Below are positions 1-16,400 of a DNA stretch of 64,000 nt, one piece after another. The first letter of the stretch is position 1. Each line of letters opens with the position of its first letter. The position numbers were made by a program, and so were the translations under genes. The notes below the pieces were generated by a model that saw only the letters and a program-made list of their open reading frames with translations, was not told the DNA's origin and did no database searches. The stretch lies in assembly GCF_009914755.1 (NCBI RefSeq), contig NC_060931.1; one strand, given 5' to 3'. This DNA comes from the human T2T-CHM13v2.0 reference genome, Homo sapiens.

Positions 1-540
1 AACCTCCTGTGCCCCCAGTGAGAAACCTGGCTCCCATCATCCTCCATTCATTTACTTATTCAGTTACAGAATATGTTTATAACAATTTCAGCATTGTTCA
101 CCCACCCCTCTGTGCAAGACAGTTTATTAAATAGAATACAGTGCTTATGTGCAGATTCTTTTGCCTTCAGTCTTTCAGACTACAATTATTTTCAGTTACT
201 TGTCAGCACCTTTTTGACCAACCCCTTTAAGCGAGGTTGTTTTATAGTATTGTGATGTTATCTGTAGGTTTTTATAAGTGTTGTTTATCAAGTTGTACAA
301 GTTACTTTATATTTCTAGTTTGCTGAGAGTTTTAATCATAATGACTATTGTATTTTGTCAATTGCGTTTTCTGCATCAATTGATATGATCATATAATTTT
401 GATTCCTTAGCCTGTTGACGTGGTAGAAAACATTAATTGATTTTCAAATACGGAACCAGTCTTGCATACCTGCAATAAATTCCACATATTTGTGGTATAT
501 AATTCTTTTTATACATTGTTGGATTCTAATTGGTATCCTT
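1..540 (-). mobile_element. Old L1M fragments (3'UTR piece and ORF2 piece)
   Basis: Antisense L1 ORF2 motifs (ctagtttgctgagagttttaatcat, ttttctgcatcaattgatatgatcat, aaccagtcttgcatacctg). Confidence 0.6.
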
Positions 541-692
541 TTATGTTTCTTCAGTGGTTTATTTTAATGTTAATTGAGAAAAAATGAAACAGTGAAGTGC
601 ACAAATCATGAATGGATACAGCTCAATGAACATTTCATATATAAATACATAAACAACACACAGATAAAGATGTAGAATAACTATTAAAATGA

Positions 693-977
693 GGCCGGGT
701 GCAGTGGCTCATGCCTGTAATCCCAGCACTTTGGGAGGCCAAGGTGGGCAGATGACCTGAGATCAGGAATTCAAGACCAGCCTGGCCAAAGTGGTGAAAT
801 CCCATCTCTACTAAAAATAGAAAAATTAGCCGGAGATGGCGACGGGTGCCTGTAATCCCAGCTACTCAGGAGGCTGAGGCAGGAGAATCGCTTGAACCCA
901 GGAGGCAGAGGTTGCAGTGAGCCGAGATCATGCTATTGCACTCCAGGCTGGGCTATAAGAATGAGACTCTGTCTCAG

Positions 978-1009
<32 letters not shown>

Positions 1010-1010
1010 A
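693..1010 (+). mobile_element. Alu, AluS (Sq/Sx-like), inserted in an old L1ME 3' fragment
   Basis: GGCCGGGTGCAGTGGCTC start, two arms, A-rich linker, A/GAAAA tail. Confidence 0.95.
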
Positions 1011-1119
1011 TCAAAAATCAAACAGACTGTCTCATGCACCCTCCATAACAGCACTCCATAACAGCTCTCCAAAGAAATGACAAGAATTCAGACCTCTTTA
1101 CAACACAGTTATTTTGTGG

Positions 1120-3405
1120 TAATTTTTATTGTGGTGAAAAAAACATGTAAAATTTACCATTTTAAACATTTTTAAGTGTACAATACAGTAGTGTTAACTA
1201 TATACATATTGTTGTACAGCAGATCTCTAGAACTTTTTCATCTTCAAACAAACTCATTTTCATTGAACAGATACTTCCTATTTCCTCCTTCCTTACACTG
1301 TTAACCACACTTTACTTTCTCTTCCTGTAAGTTTGACTATTTCATAAATCTCACAGAAGTGGAATAACACAGTATTATTTTTGAAACTGAGTTATTTCTC
1401 ATAGCATAATATTTTCAAGCTTCATCCATGTTTTACCATATGACAGAATTTCCTTCCTTTTAAAAGCTGAATGAAATTCCGTAGTATGTATATAACACTT
1501 TTTCTTCATTCATTCCTTGATGGACATTTCGATTGCTTTCATCTCTTAGCTATTGTGAATAATGCTCCAATGAACGTGGATGTACAAATATCTCTTTGAG
1601 ATCCTGTTTTCAATTCTTCTGGATATATACACAGAAGTGAGGTTGCTGGATCATATAATTCTATTTCTATCTTTTGAGGAAAATCCACACTGTTTTTTAA
1701 CAGTGGCTGTACTATTTTACATTTCCACCAACAAAGCGCAAGGATTTCAATTTCTTCACATCCTTACCAACACTTGTAATTTTTTTGATTTTGATAATAG
1801 TAATGAGTATGGGGTAATATTTCAATATGGTTTTGATTTTCATTTCTCTGATAATTAGTAATCTTGAGCATTTTTTTCATATGTTTGTTGGCCATTTTTA
1901 CATCTTCTTTGTATAAATATCCAAACAAGTCTTTTGCCCATTTTTTAATTGGGATATTTGATAGTTTTGCTGTTGTTTAGTTGCAAGTGTTTTTATATAT
2001 TCTGGATACTAATCCTTTGTCATATATATGGTTTGAAAATATTTTATCTTATTCTATTGGTTGCCTTTTCACTGTGTTGGGTGTTATAGTCCCATTTTTT
2101 CCACTTTTGCTTTTGTTGCTTGTGATTTTGATGTTATGAGAAGTCATCACCAAATCCAATGTCATAAATCCTCTCCCTATCATTTCTTCTAGTAGTTTTA
2201 TAGTTTCAGGACTTACATTTAGGGCTTTACTTTTGTACATGGCTTAAGGTAAGATTCCATTTTCACTGCTGTGCAAGTGGATATTTAGTTAACACTATTT
2301 GCAGAAGTGACTATCCTTTTCTTTCCTCATTGTGCTTTCTTGGTGCCCTTGACTAAGATAATTTGACTAGATATGCAAGGGTTAATTTCTGGGCTGTCTA
2401 TTCTATTCCATTGTTCTGTATGTCCGTTTTTATGCCAGTACCATATTGTTTTGATTACAGAAGGATTGCTGTGTATTTTGATGTCAGGAAGTGTGAGATC
2501 TCCAATGCTTTTCTTCTTTTTAAGGGTTCTATGGCTATTTGGGATCGTTTGAGATTCCATATGAATTTTGGAAAGTTTCATCTATTTCTGAAAGAAAAGC
2601 CACTGGGATTTTGTTAGCAATTGCATTGAATCTCTATATTACTTTGAGGAGTATGCACATTTTTAACAATATTAAGCCTTCCAATCCATGAACAAAGATG
2701 TCTTCCCATTTATCTGTGCCTTTTTAAATTTTTTTCCACAATGTTTTATAATTTTCAGTGTACAAGTCTTCCACTTCCTTGGTTAAGTTTATTCCTAAGT
2801 ATTTTTTGATGCCATTATAATGGATTTTTATTTCTTTTTTCTTGTCTAATTTCTCTATCTGGGACATTCAGTGCTACACTGAATAGAAGTGGTGAAGATC
2901 AGGAGGAAGGAAGGAATGCTCATTCTCACCACTTCTATTCAACCATTGAGTATTATGTTAACCAGCGGTTTGTAATATATGGCCTTTATTACGCTGAAGT
3001 ACATTCCTTTTTTTACCTAATTTGCTGAGACTTTATATCACAAAAGAGTGTTGAATTTTGTGAAATTCTCTTTCTACATTGAGAGGTTCACGTGATTTTT
3101 GTGTTTCATTTTGTTATTATGGTGTATTACATTGATTGACTTTTGTATATTGAAACATTCTTGCAACCCAGGAATAAATCCAACTTGGTCATAGTATATA
3201 ACCCTTTTAATGTGCTGTTGATTTAATAACCTAGAATTTTGTTGAAGATTTTTGCACCAATATTCATCAGGTATATTAGTCTACAGTTTTCTTTTCTTGT
3301 AGTATCTTTTTCTGGCTTTGGTATCAGGGTAATGCTGACTTCATGAGTTTGAAGTGTTCCTCACTCTTCTATTTTTTGAAAGAGTTTGAGAAGGATTTGG
3401 GTATA
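1120..3405 (-). mobile_element. L1MA/L1MB-type LINE-1, 3'UTR plus ORF2 3' half
   Basis: Antisense 3' end (aaaatttaccattttaaacatttttaagtgtaca...cagatctctagaac). Minus-strand ORFs 2049-2240 and 2327-2581 give ORF2-like peptides (IWYWHKNGHTEQWNRIDSPEINP). Confidence 0.9.
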
Positions 3406-5800
<2,395 letters not shown>

Positions 5801-6719
5801 TGCATAAGAGAATAATTATAGCACAAACAGTCACATCACATTAAAAAAATGCTGTCTCATTATTAGGAGCTGTGTAAGCATAAGCAGAGTCCCAACACAT
5901 CTGTTTTGAATTTTTATTTGCTTTTAATCTCATTGCTTTTTTTTATGTCTTTCGACAATGTTTGACAGCCTTCCATATTCAGAGACTAATACTAAAAGAA
6001 AAGACAATTCACAATTTGTTGGATTTGAACACGTTCGGAAATTACCACTTCACTAACCTCCCCATCTCACTCTTGCTCCATTCATCCAACATTAAACAAG
6101 AAAGACTTTTACTCCCATTTCCTCTTCTTGTCACCAACCTTCACCCAGGCAATGCTTTTATATGAAGTAATCATTTATTAACTCTTGCCTTGTTTGCTTA
6201 TTTTATTTTGCTAAGTGTTATTTGCATTAATTATGTACTTGTTCATATTTTTATTTATAATACATTTTCTGTTTATGACAGGAAAAAGTGATTTGTATAC
6301 AATGCTATGCTTTATCATTGCATGTTGAACATAAACATGCCTATCAATAAATTCATTAGTATTAAGCGATGAAATTTTTATGTAATATATTGATGTGTTT
6401 TTGGAATACTCAGGCAAATTAGATGGGATTTGTCAAGGAACTATGAATGCATTATAATTTTTCTATTTTAAAAGACAATGGAAGAATTTTATGTGTATCA
6501 GAAAATATATTAGGATTTATGAGTATGAGAGGTCAGAAAAATTTTTTTGTGTTGTTTTATGTTGATGTTCCCAGAGTGATTATAACTAGACTCCTTAAAG
6601 TAAATAGTCTATTTTATGCCCTGCCGAGTGAGGAGAGTGGATGGGAAAGACGTGGACTAGAAAGAGAGTGTCAGGCAGGTTTGTTCTGAGGAAGTAATAA
6701 TGCAGTTTCTCATAACAGT

Positions 6720-7088
6720 TGCTATGGTCTGAATGTGTTCCCTAAAATTCATGTGTTAGGAACTTGATTCTCACTGCAGCAGCATTGGGAAGTGGAGCCT
6801 TTTGGGGGTGTTTAGGCCATGAGAATGCCCTCATGGATAGATTAGTGCTCTCATAAAAAGGGGCTTTTGTGAGTGGGTTTGCTTTCTTCTGTTCTTGTCT
6901 GCCATGTGAGAACTCAGGCTTCTCCCCTTGGGAGGAACCATCTTGGAAGTAGTGAGCAGCCCTCACCAGACACCATATCTTGGTATTGGATTTCCTAGAC
7001 CTCAGAACTGCGAGAAAATACATTTCTGTCCTTTATAAATTACCCGGTCTTATGTATTCTGTTATAGCAGCACAAACAGATTAAGACA
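6720..7088 (+). mobile_element. MaLR solo LTR (MST family, MSTC/D-like)
   Basis: TGCTATGGTCTGAATGT...TTATAGCAGCACAAACAGATTAAGACA with TG..CA ends. 5-bp TSD ACAGT/AGAGT. Confidence 0.85.
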
Positions 7089-7299
7089 AGAGTGTTACAA
7101 GCTAAAACAAAAATGTTAACAATTGTTATAATTACTTTTTAGGAAAACTCTCAATTTACTTGACATAAATGAGAGGGAAAAATATTGACTTCCTTTAAAT
7201 TAGAATTGTGTGTGATTAACACAGATGTTCAATGGAGGTCATGATTCTCTCCATGTGTATTGTGACTCACTGTGTGCAAATACTGAATATTCACCAAGT

Positions 7300-7512
7300 T
7301 CACTAAGTTTGCAAACTATAGGCCATGGGTCCAATGTAGTCTACTACTGTTTTTCTAAGTAAAGTCTTATTGAAACACAGTGACACTCATTTATTTATGT
7401 ATCTATGACTTCTCTTGGACTCCGATGGCAGAGTTGGTAATTGCAACTGAATGCTTATGCCTCACAACTAGAATATTTACTAGTTAGCCCTTCACAGAAA
7501 ATATGTTGCCTA
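7300..7512. mobile_element. MER58A-like hAT MITE
   Basis: gcaaactataggccatgggtcc...taaagtcttattgaaacacag...atatttactagttagcccttcacagaaaa. Confidence 0.7.
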
Positions 7513-8049
7513 GAACTGAATTACATAATGTTATATATTAAATATTTTATTATACTCTGAACTCATCCTGAAATAGAGTAAATTATAAAACCATTATCAA
7601 AACATATAAACTCAGTATATTGCAGATAAAGTGGCATAGCATATAAAAATTTTAACATGCAGCAGCTTTGCCATGCATTAAGACCAAGAGTACCTAATTT
7701 ATAAGGGTCTGTTATAACATTGCTTTCTCTATAACAGTGTTTTATGACTTAAAAGTTGACAGTATACCGAGAAAATTCTCAGTACATAGAATGTTTTCTT
7801 AGCATAGGCATACTATTTACAAATAGTCTAAATTATTGATTTTATGCAATCCCATAAAACTTAAATATATAAATACTTCAGTGATGTAATAGACTTCTAT
7901 TTCTAGTTGGTTTCCTAAAGCACTTTCTTTTTCAGAAGTGTCTCTCCTCAATTCTATGTGATTCATTTGGGGCAGTAAATTGCATAGCCCCAACTCACTC
8001 ATGAAAGAGAGTATATGTAGCCCAAGGAAGAGCTCATCAAAGTTCTTCT

Positions 8050-8360
8050 CAGAAATTGATATGAATGTTAGTGCAGACACAGTTGCCTCTTTCTTATGAG
8101 ACCACAAGTTGTGAGAACAATGCAAGTCTTGGGCTTCCTGTGATTACCCTTGTCTGAGACTAAAGCCAACAATACAGCAAGCAGTGTAGAGAGATACTTA
8201 AACAGACAGACTCTTAATGTCATCATGTAAATCTGGATCCAACCATATCCAAAGTCTCTTGAACTTTCCAATGACATCACTCAATAACTTCTATTATTTT
8301 AATTAATCTAGTTGACTTAGATTTCTGTATTTTCCAATTGAAAAGTACCTGATTAATTCA
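8050..8360 (+). mobile_element. Old MaLR LTR (MLT1J/K-like) 3' part
   Basis: ctggatccaaccatatcc...ctagttgacttagatttctgt...aaaagtacctgattaattca terminal motif. Confidence 0.5.
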
Positions 8361-10061
8361 GATACAGCTATGAGAGTTTAAAACAAATTTCCTCATTGTG
8401 CTATGTTATTCTTACATGTATTATTTTGCAAATATGTCTAGCCCTAGAACTTTATTTTTCCTTTCCAGTGAGAGCCAATATTTCCACATCAGAACAAAGG
8501 AGAATAGCTAAACTACTTGATATTTATGAAAATGTTCTCCACACTGTTGTGTACATTGTAGAACCCTAAAATACAAATTTAGACAGATGATTTTAAAACG
8601 TGCTTATGAAGAGGTTCTTAGTGACTTATCTCAGAACTGGAAACTTACCCAGAAATTTCAAATGATGTTAACAACAAGGAGTGTGACCAGGATTTCCTGG
8701 TTCCCACAGAGTACCATGATCTCCCCACAAATAGAATGTAGACAATCAATCTGCTTTTGAAATTACATTTACTCAGCTGTATGTATAATAACTCTAGATA
8801 CTGGTATATTACATTAATTTCTGAATCTGATGTCATGAATAAGTATTTGAGAGCATGCTAAGTTCTAGGCCTTGATAAAGGCTCCAAAGAAGTATCTTCA
8901 AATATCGTCTGAGTTCAAAGAGCTTAAAATTTTGTCTAATATCTAAGAAGATGGCACATGCTGAGTCACCTGATCATTAAAATGTAAGTGACTAATCAGA
9001 AATACCTCTCTTAATAAAATTTCAAGGGACAAGGAGGGAGTGAAACAGAATGATGCTGAGAATAATTAGGTTAAATCACAATTTTGTCCAAAGAAGACCA
9101 GGAATAGCACAAAACCAAATGGCAGTCAGATACAAAACCAGAACTCTAATAGCCATTTGTATTAGAAAAAGTGACAGAAAAATCTAATGTGTAATGACAA
9201 TTAAGGAAAATTTGGCGGAAAAAATAGGCAATAAATAAAAGTACAACATTACAAGTTAAAGGGAAAGGAAACACAATAAAACAGGACAGTGATTATAAGC
9301 TCTTTTCCAAAAATTTACTTCTAACAGAACAGTCAAGTTTCTCTGAAAAGTAACTAGAAGTCATAGAAAATATCCTGAACCTCGGAGGAGCATTAGAGAC
9401 ATTACAGAACAGTGTTTTTGTTGAAGACTGAAGTACCTCAGCAAGATGTATCAGACTACATTTTGATCATCCAAAGTGACTTTGCCACACTGACATTTTA
9501 GCATTGTTTTTCTTTAATTACTACTGAATTTGAAATTATGACTCTCGGGAACTTATACTTTCTTGGATCGACTTCAATTCCCTCTTTTTCAGAGATTGCA
9601 AAGACCAGATGCTTATACCAGAAGTAGCCTTGTTTCACAGCTGAAATTAATCAAAGGGTAATGCAGGACAACCTCCTAAAGGTGACAAGGATAGCTAAGG
9701 GATTCCCTGCCATGTTTCCTCATTTCAAACATGCTATCTTGCATCAAAAAGATTGTGCTATAATATTAACCCAACATGATGACGAATGAAAGTGTTGGAG
9801 TTATTTTCCTACAATAACAAGTTGAAATAAACTAAACACATGCATCCTGTTGTTTACTCACTCTCATACCCAGTGGCATATATCTGAAATGCAGCTAACT
9901 GGATGTTTTGTTTGGGAAGTGTGTAACATTTCTTAAACACCATGCCAGATATTGTGTTAAAAGCTGTTTCCTGCAAGGGATTTTATTGAAAATTCTAAAG
10001 GTAAATCCTATGAGTTTAGGATTATTTTTATTCCTATTTTACAGATGGAAAAAGTATGCAC

Positions 10062-11005
10062 TATTGAGTACTGGAAGCATTTAATTTTTTACTGAGATCT
10101 GAGCATTTGCCTTGATCACTGGTCTGAGTTGCCCCCAAAACAGTTTGTGCTGCTCTTATAATTATGAAGATAGGTCTCTTTGTTGTGGTAGATTGAATGA
10201 GTGGTCCAAATTTTTAGCTCTGCTATTAAACAATGATTCTTCCACACCCTTGCCATGACTTCATGGTGGTTGGAGCATTATCTTCTCACCATTTGATTTT
10301 AGCCTGAGACTTGTAATTTGATCTGACCAGTGGAATGTTAACAGATGCAAAGCAAGCAGAAACCTGAATTGTGTTCATGGGTAAGACTGGTACTTTCGTG
10401 TTGTGATAATCTCTCATGAGAAGAACATATCCTAAATAGCTTTAACACTTCAGCCTAAAGCCAAGGCATGACCCCATAGCTTAGAGCCAAATACAGCTGA
10501 TTTGCATTCTAAAACAAAGCTGCCCAGCTGAACCCAGCCTACGTAAACAAAATTGCTTATTATTTTAAGCCCTTGGATTTGGGGATGACTTATTAGGCAG
10601 CACTGTTGTAATAATAGCTGACTGATACACTTTTACCGCCACCTGTTGTCACTGCCAACATTACAGGTGAAGGATTAATTATAGAGTGGTTGCTCCATGT
10701 TCATTCTATAGCTTATGGACACTGAGTCTTCCCTGTAGCTTCTGAGGCACGAGTTGTCTAAGAAACTAATGGGTCTTATATTTGTGCAGCAGTTCATGAG
10801 GATCAGCCTTTACCAATGGGAAATGGGACTGAAAAGATAAATTTATCTCCCTTCTTCCTATGGATAGATTGTTTAGATAGAGAGTATTAGAATAAGATAT
10901 GACTTCTCTGAAAATGTCCCAGCAAATCAAGCTATCGGCATGGTCTGGCCAAATCACTAATGCATTTTGCCATGGTTTTCCTAAGAAACCTGGGCTGTTT
11001 CTTAG
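10062..11005 (+). mobile_element. ERVL LTR16-family-like LTR, interrupted by MLT1H
   Basis: accaatgggaaatgggactgaaaagataaatttatctcccttc...tcccagcaaatcaagc resembles the LTR16 core. Confidence 0.45.
10184..10629 (+). mobile_element. MaLR LTR (MLT1H-like)
   Basis: TGTGGTAGATTGAATG start, catgagaagaacatatcc, ends gcagcactgttgtaataatagctgactgataca. Confidence 0.75.
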
Positions 11006-13359
11006 ATTAAGAGATTAAAAGGCTAAGTAAATTTTCCAAGTTCAGTGAATGAGTAAGTGGGATAATTAGTACTTGAACTCAAGATTCTGATTTCAAAACT
11101 AAATACCAAACCATTGTGTTATATTGCACTATTTTGAACTGTCTTAGCAATTTAAAAATAAAAATACCTTCTGTTAATTTGGCCATTAGTCATTATTTAA
11201 TGGGCAAGTTTTGGATGTAAGGAATTTGGAAGTAATTTTGGGTGACTTTTTAAAAAATATTTAGAATACATAAATACCAGAGCAAAAGAATATTGAAATT
11301 AAACAGTAAGTTCAAAGGCTGTTTACTAGAGCTATTTTATCCTCTTATCAAAGATGAAAGAAATTATAGTTGAACAAATTTGATAACTTTCTCTACAATG
11401 AGTAGTGTTCTCTTTTTGACTTCTAAAATCCAGTTATCACACCCATGACTTCAAAGGAATTATCTTAAATATATCTTGCAAATAACATCTGAAACTCAGC
11501 TATTTACAGACCAAGAAGCCCTTTTAGAACAAAATATCTATGAGACATAGAAGATGGTGGAGGAAAGGAGTAGTGGGTATGCATCAGATGAAAACACCTC
11601 TCTTTCTCTTATAGGGTATTCTTATTTTGTGAATATGTTATGATGCAAAATGGCTAAGGTACAAGCAAAGACTCGAACACGATTTGTTCCCAGTGCTTGT
11701 GTCTTGGGAAGAGAAGTGGGAAGGGAAGATCCATTTCAGTAGTCACCATGGATTGTTTCATAGTGATTTAGGTTAGTTGATCTTATTCAGTGATTCCTAC
11801 GCCTGGCTACAGATTTGGACCACTTGCAAAGTTTAAAAAATGTGTATTCCTTTACTCCACTGCAGCCTCTCCAAAACATTAGAGAAAAGATTACACTCAG
11901 GGCCCGCCTGAGGTTAGGGAAATGGGGAGTATGAAATTTATTAAAATATACTTTGCTTTCATTGGGATTCAGGAGACCAAAAGACCAATCTTTGGATAAG
12001 ATAGTTTATGTATACAATTATATAATGATTTTCTTTTTTGGTTCCTTCAAGTTTTGAGCAAATACTGTTTTGGGTTGTTTTTATAGTGTCAACCCCTCAG
12101 CTCTGATGAGGAAAACAAGGAGAAAGATTTAGACCCATGATTTTAAAGATAAATCAACATATTTCTGAAAGACTAAGCTTGGAAGTATAAGGTGATTAAC
12201 ATATCTTACAATGAAAGTAAGACAATCTAATATGCATGTTAATTACTGGATACTGTGCTAACTATTTTATATCTGTAAGCTTAAAGTAAATAATTTGCAG
12301 CTACTTCCAGATAATAATGTCGAGGATTAGCAAGGCTAAATTATTTACCAAAGACCACATAACATGCAAGAAAGGCAACTGAGTCCAAACTTAGGTCAAT
12401 TTTACTTCTTGGTAGAAGCTCCCAATCACTAGATTGTACTACTTCAAAATGAAAAGCACTTTAAAGGAGAGACAGTGTCAAAATGGAAATATTGAGGATT
12501 CTTTTTAGAATTTATTTATGATCAAATCATGACAGGATTTTTGTTCTTTAAAGAGGAAGATCTGTCTGCCTACTGTAAAATATGTAGAAATAATCCTTGT
12601 AAGTTTATTACCTAAAAAGTAACCTATATTTATAGTGTATATATCTATTGAAATATTTGTCCTTATATTCACATAAATCATCAAAAATAATTATTTTACT
12701 TATAAAACAGTACTTTTAAGGGGTATATTGCCATAATAGTAAGCCCATCTTCTTCTTGGAGGGATATGCCGTTCTGAACCTTCATCAGAACGTTTTCCAC
12801 ACTTTATCACAGATCATTTGGCACATGTTACATGTGGTCTTCTATTTCACAGTGATTGTTGTGGGTGAACATCTAAGCTATTTGTTAATTTTATATTACC
12901 CTTCGGAAAACAAATGAAAGGCTTCCCCCTTCCACATCTGGTGCTATTTCAGAATTAAATGAAGGTTTTAGTTTATTCATTCTCTGCAATAACAGATTGC
13001 ATTTGAAAGATATTTTGAAATATGGGACTGCATATTTCCACAGAATGTTAGCAAGAAGAATAGCTCTCTGTATTTTACATTGAATTTAGGCAATATTCTA
13101 AAGCAGTTAAATTTCCCAAACCAGACACTAATATCCCTTTTCTGTTGCCTACATTATAAACTTTTCTTGAAAAGTAACTTAAAAGAATGCTTTAATTTTG
13201 GTAACGTTGTTTAGGAAAGCCACTGTTACTATTTTAGAGTGACATTGACTTCCCAGTGATACACATATGATTATAGTTTTATGAAATATGCCTCGCCATG
13301 TGTTCTGTCTTTACAGTGACTTAATATTGCCTAATTTTTCTGACTCAGACACTTGAAAT

Positions 13360-15100
13360 TATATTTATTTCTTTTATAAAACATAACTTTCTAAAGTTTT
13401 CTTTAAATGTACCATTACATAGAAGTGTACAAAGTATATATGCAATATATACATATAGTATATGCATATATTATACTATAATACATAAATGCTCACCGAG
13501 TGAACATACTCCCATGTATAAGCAGCATCCATATCAAGAAAGAGAATACTACCTATACCCCAGAAACTCCATGGGGCCATTAACAATCCCTAATATAACC
13601 TTTATCCTGATTTTTAACACTTTACTTTTTACTGCTTTTTGAAATTTATGTGTGGAATTATACAGTAATTATTCTTATTTTTAGCTTTTTCTTTTTCTTA
13701 TTTATTTATTTAAAAAATAATCTTTTTCACAAGATTATTTTTGTGCATTTCATCCATGCTGTTTTTTATGGTAATAATTTGTTCATTTGTGTCGCTTAAT
13801 ACTCCATTGGAAAAATACATTACAATTAATATTATGGTTGACAAACGTTGAGCCTGTTTCCAGTTTTTAGCTGTTTTTTAATAATGCTGCTATAAAACTT
13901 ATTGCACATGTCCTTGATACATGTGCAATAATGAGCACATATGTACTCATTTCTACTGTGATCACACCTGTGGCGAAGTTGCTGGGTCCTAGGTTTTGCA
14001 TGACTTCAAATTTAGTGGATACTAACTAACCTGATTTCCCAAGTAATTTTATCAGTTTCACTCCCACAAGTCAATTAAAAGTGTGTTAAATGTTTTTCAC
14101 CCTTACCGACACTTGATGTTGTATGCCATTTCTGATTAGCTGTTTTGGTAAACGTGCATAAATATAAAATTGTGGTTTTACTTTGTACTTCTTTGATGAC
14201 TAATGAAGTTGGGCACCTTGTCATATGTGTGCTGATCATTTGTGTATAATTTTTTTCATGAGATACCTATCCACGTATTTTGTCAGAATTTTTACTGGTT
14301 TTTCTATCTGTTAAAAATGTTCTTGTAAGAGGTATTTATGCATTCTGGACATAAATCCTTTGTCCAATATAAGTCTTCTAAACTTTTCTCCAATCTATGG
14401 CATGCCATTACATTTTCTTAGTGGGGTTTTTTGATGAACAGCAGATCTTATTATACAGTTCTTCATTTTAATGTAGTGTAGTATGTTGCATTTTTCCTAT
14501 GTGGTTAGTGTTTTTGCATACTGTTGAAGAAATCCTTGCTTACCCCATGATCATGAAGCTTTATTCATGTTTCCTCCCAAAACCTTTATATTTTTTCATT
14601 TACATTTAGGTCTATAATTCATGTCAACTTAATTTTTATGCATGTTTTGAGGAATGGGTCAATATATTTTCTTCTGTAGTGATCTTCAATTGATTTGGCA
14701 TCATTTTGGAAAAGCCCATCCTCTTTCCATTCCGCAGATGGGTTTTCATCATATATTTGTGAATCCTTTTCTGTATTGGTATTTTTGTTTACCTGTTCAC
14801 TAATACAACACTGTCTTGGACATTAGAGCATTACAATAGTTCTCGTTGGATTTTTCCCATTATCTGTAAACTTTCTTTGGTTATTATTGGCCTTTTGAAT
14901 TTCTGTACATACTTTAGAATTAGCTTGTTCATTTTATATATATATATATGTATATATATGTGTATATATATATATGTGTGTGTATATATATATATATACT
15001 TTATATTAATTCTACCATATATATTTGGATAGATTTTTGGATGGGTTTACATTGAGCTTATATTCTAATCTAAGGAGACTTGGTATTTTTAGAGCATCAC
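13360..15100 (-). mobile_element. Old L1ME-type 3' end and ORF2 tail
   Basis: Antisense L1 motifs (catttcatccatgctg, tttgatgactaatgaagttgggcacc, ttacatttaggtctataattc). Confidence 0.75.
14935..14998. repeat. (TA)n/(TG)n compound microsatellite
   Basis: Direct observation. Confidence 0.95.
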
Positions 15101-15104
15101 TTTG

Positions 15105-16400
15105 TGAAAGCCCTCAAGCAAAGAGATCCAGATATTAGCAGCTGAAAGGACTGGAAGTCAGCTGGAGTTCACTGTAATGGTAAAGCCAGAGTGAAATGAA
15201 TCAGGCACTGGCAGTATGGGCTAGAGTCCACACTTTTCATATTCAGATTCATACATATCCTATGTTAAGGTGATTATGTCCTGTTATTATTTCTCTAAAG
15301 CAGTGACCAATAACAATTTATAAAAAAGAGGATCTAGTGGGACAAGCTGTGTGTGGTTGTTTCTGAACCGAAAACTGTTATTCATCATCTTCCTCCTGAA
15401 CTACTCCTACATTCCCCTCAACCCTCAGTCAGTACTTTGTTGGCCTGGTGGGGAGACTCAGACCTTCATCACTCAAAGGTCTGAACTCATATGGTTATTA
15501 CACCCTTTTCAGGCCATGATTGCTATAAATGCCTATTTCTGACTATCATTGGATGTGGAAGCAAATAGACACCCCAGTGAATCCCTCAAGCTTCAGACAT
15601 GTTTCTCTCTCCCTCCATTATGAAGTAGATTTGAAGAGCATCAGATGACTATGTAAATTTATGTGTAAAGAAAACAAGAACTGCTCAACTAGATCACTTG
15701 GAATGATAATGAGTGCAATCACTGTTATCTCCTTTTTTTTTTTTTTGGCTCCATGCCTCAATATTCTGCATACAACAGCACTATAACATGCCCAACCCCG
15801 CAAGTCATCCTTATGCTAGTGCTTCAGCTGCCACTCCAAGAAGCCATGCCAACCTTCTGTAAGTCCAGCATCTGATAGGCAGTGGACCAGTGGATTCCTT
15901 CTTGCGAAGCAACATTATGCAGTACCACACAATGATCAGTCAGACATCCTCTGAGTCCTTGGACTCACCCGGCCAAGGCTTTTTGGGTAGAAAAAGCAAT
16001 CCCCCGTAACTGGAATACATATCAGTCTTAGTAAGGAGAGTTACTATCTCCTCCAGGGCAGAAAGGGTCAGATATACTCATTGCTATCAAGGAGTGGGAT
16101 GGGTTTATTTTATAGGTGAGATAGGACCATACGGAGGATTCAGTGTTAATTTTTGCTGCTATTGGGGAAATTCAGTGATCAGTCTTGATGAGAGCAAATA
16201 CATACTGTTAGGTTTGTCCATACTTCTATCCTGGCCACCAGACTATTCCATTCATGTACCCATTGTGAAAACACTATGACGATGAGAAGAGAAGTTGGCT
16301 AGTAGCCACAAGATGAGTCAGTTTACCCATCTGACTTCTTGGCATCTCTGCTGCAGTGGGTTTTCTTGAGTGGGTGCTGATAGGAGACACAAAGAAGTAC
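15105..16400 (-). mobile_element. ERVL/MaLR internal remnant (integrase / 3' internal region)
   Basis: Reverse complement contains ...gcctgaaaagggtgtaataacc...agacctttgagtgatgaaggtctgagtctccccaccaggc and ..cactcattatcattccaagtgatc.., typical of the ERVL-int 3' region. Confidence 0.6.

Larger units (their letters stand above)
9935..11125 (-). mobile_element. MIR split into two halves (9935-10060 and ~11015-11125) by nested LTRs
   Basis: cctatgagtttaggattatttttattcctattttacagatggaaaa, resuming as ggctaagtaaattttccaagttcagtgaatgagtaagtgg...cttgaactcaag. Confidence 0.6.
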
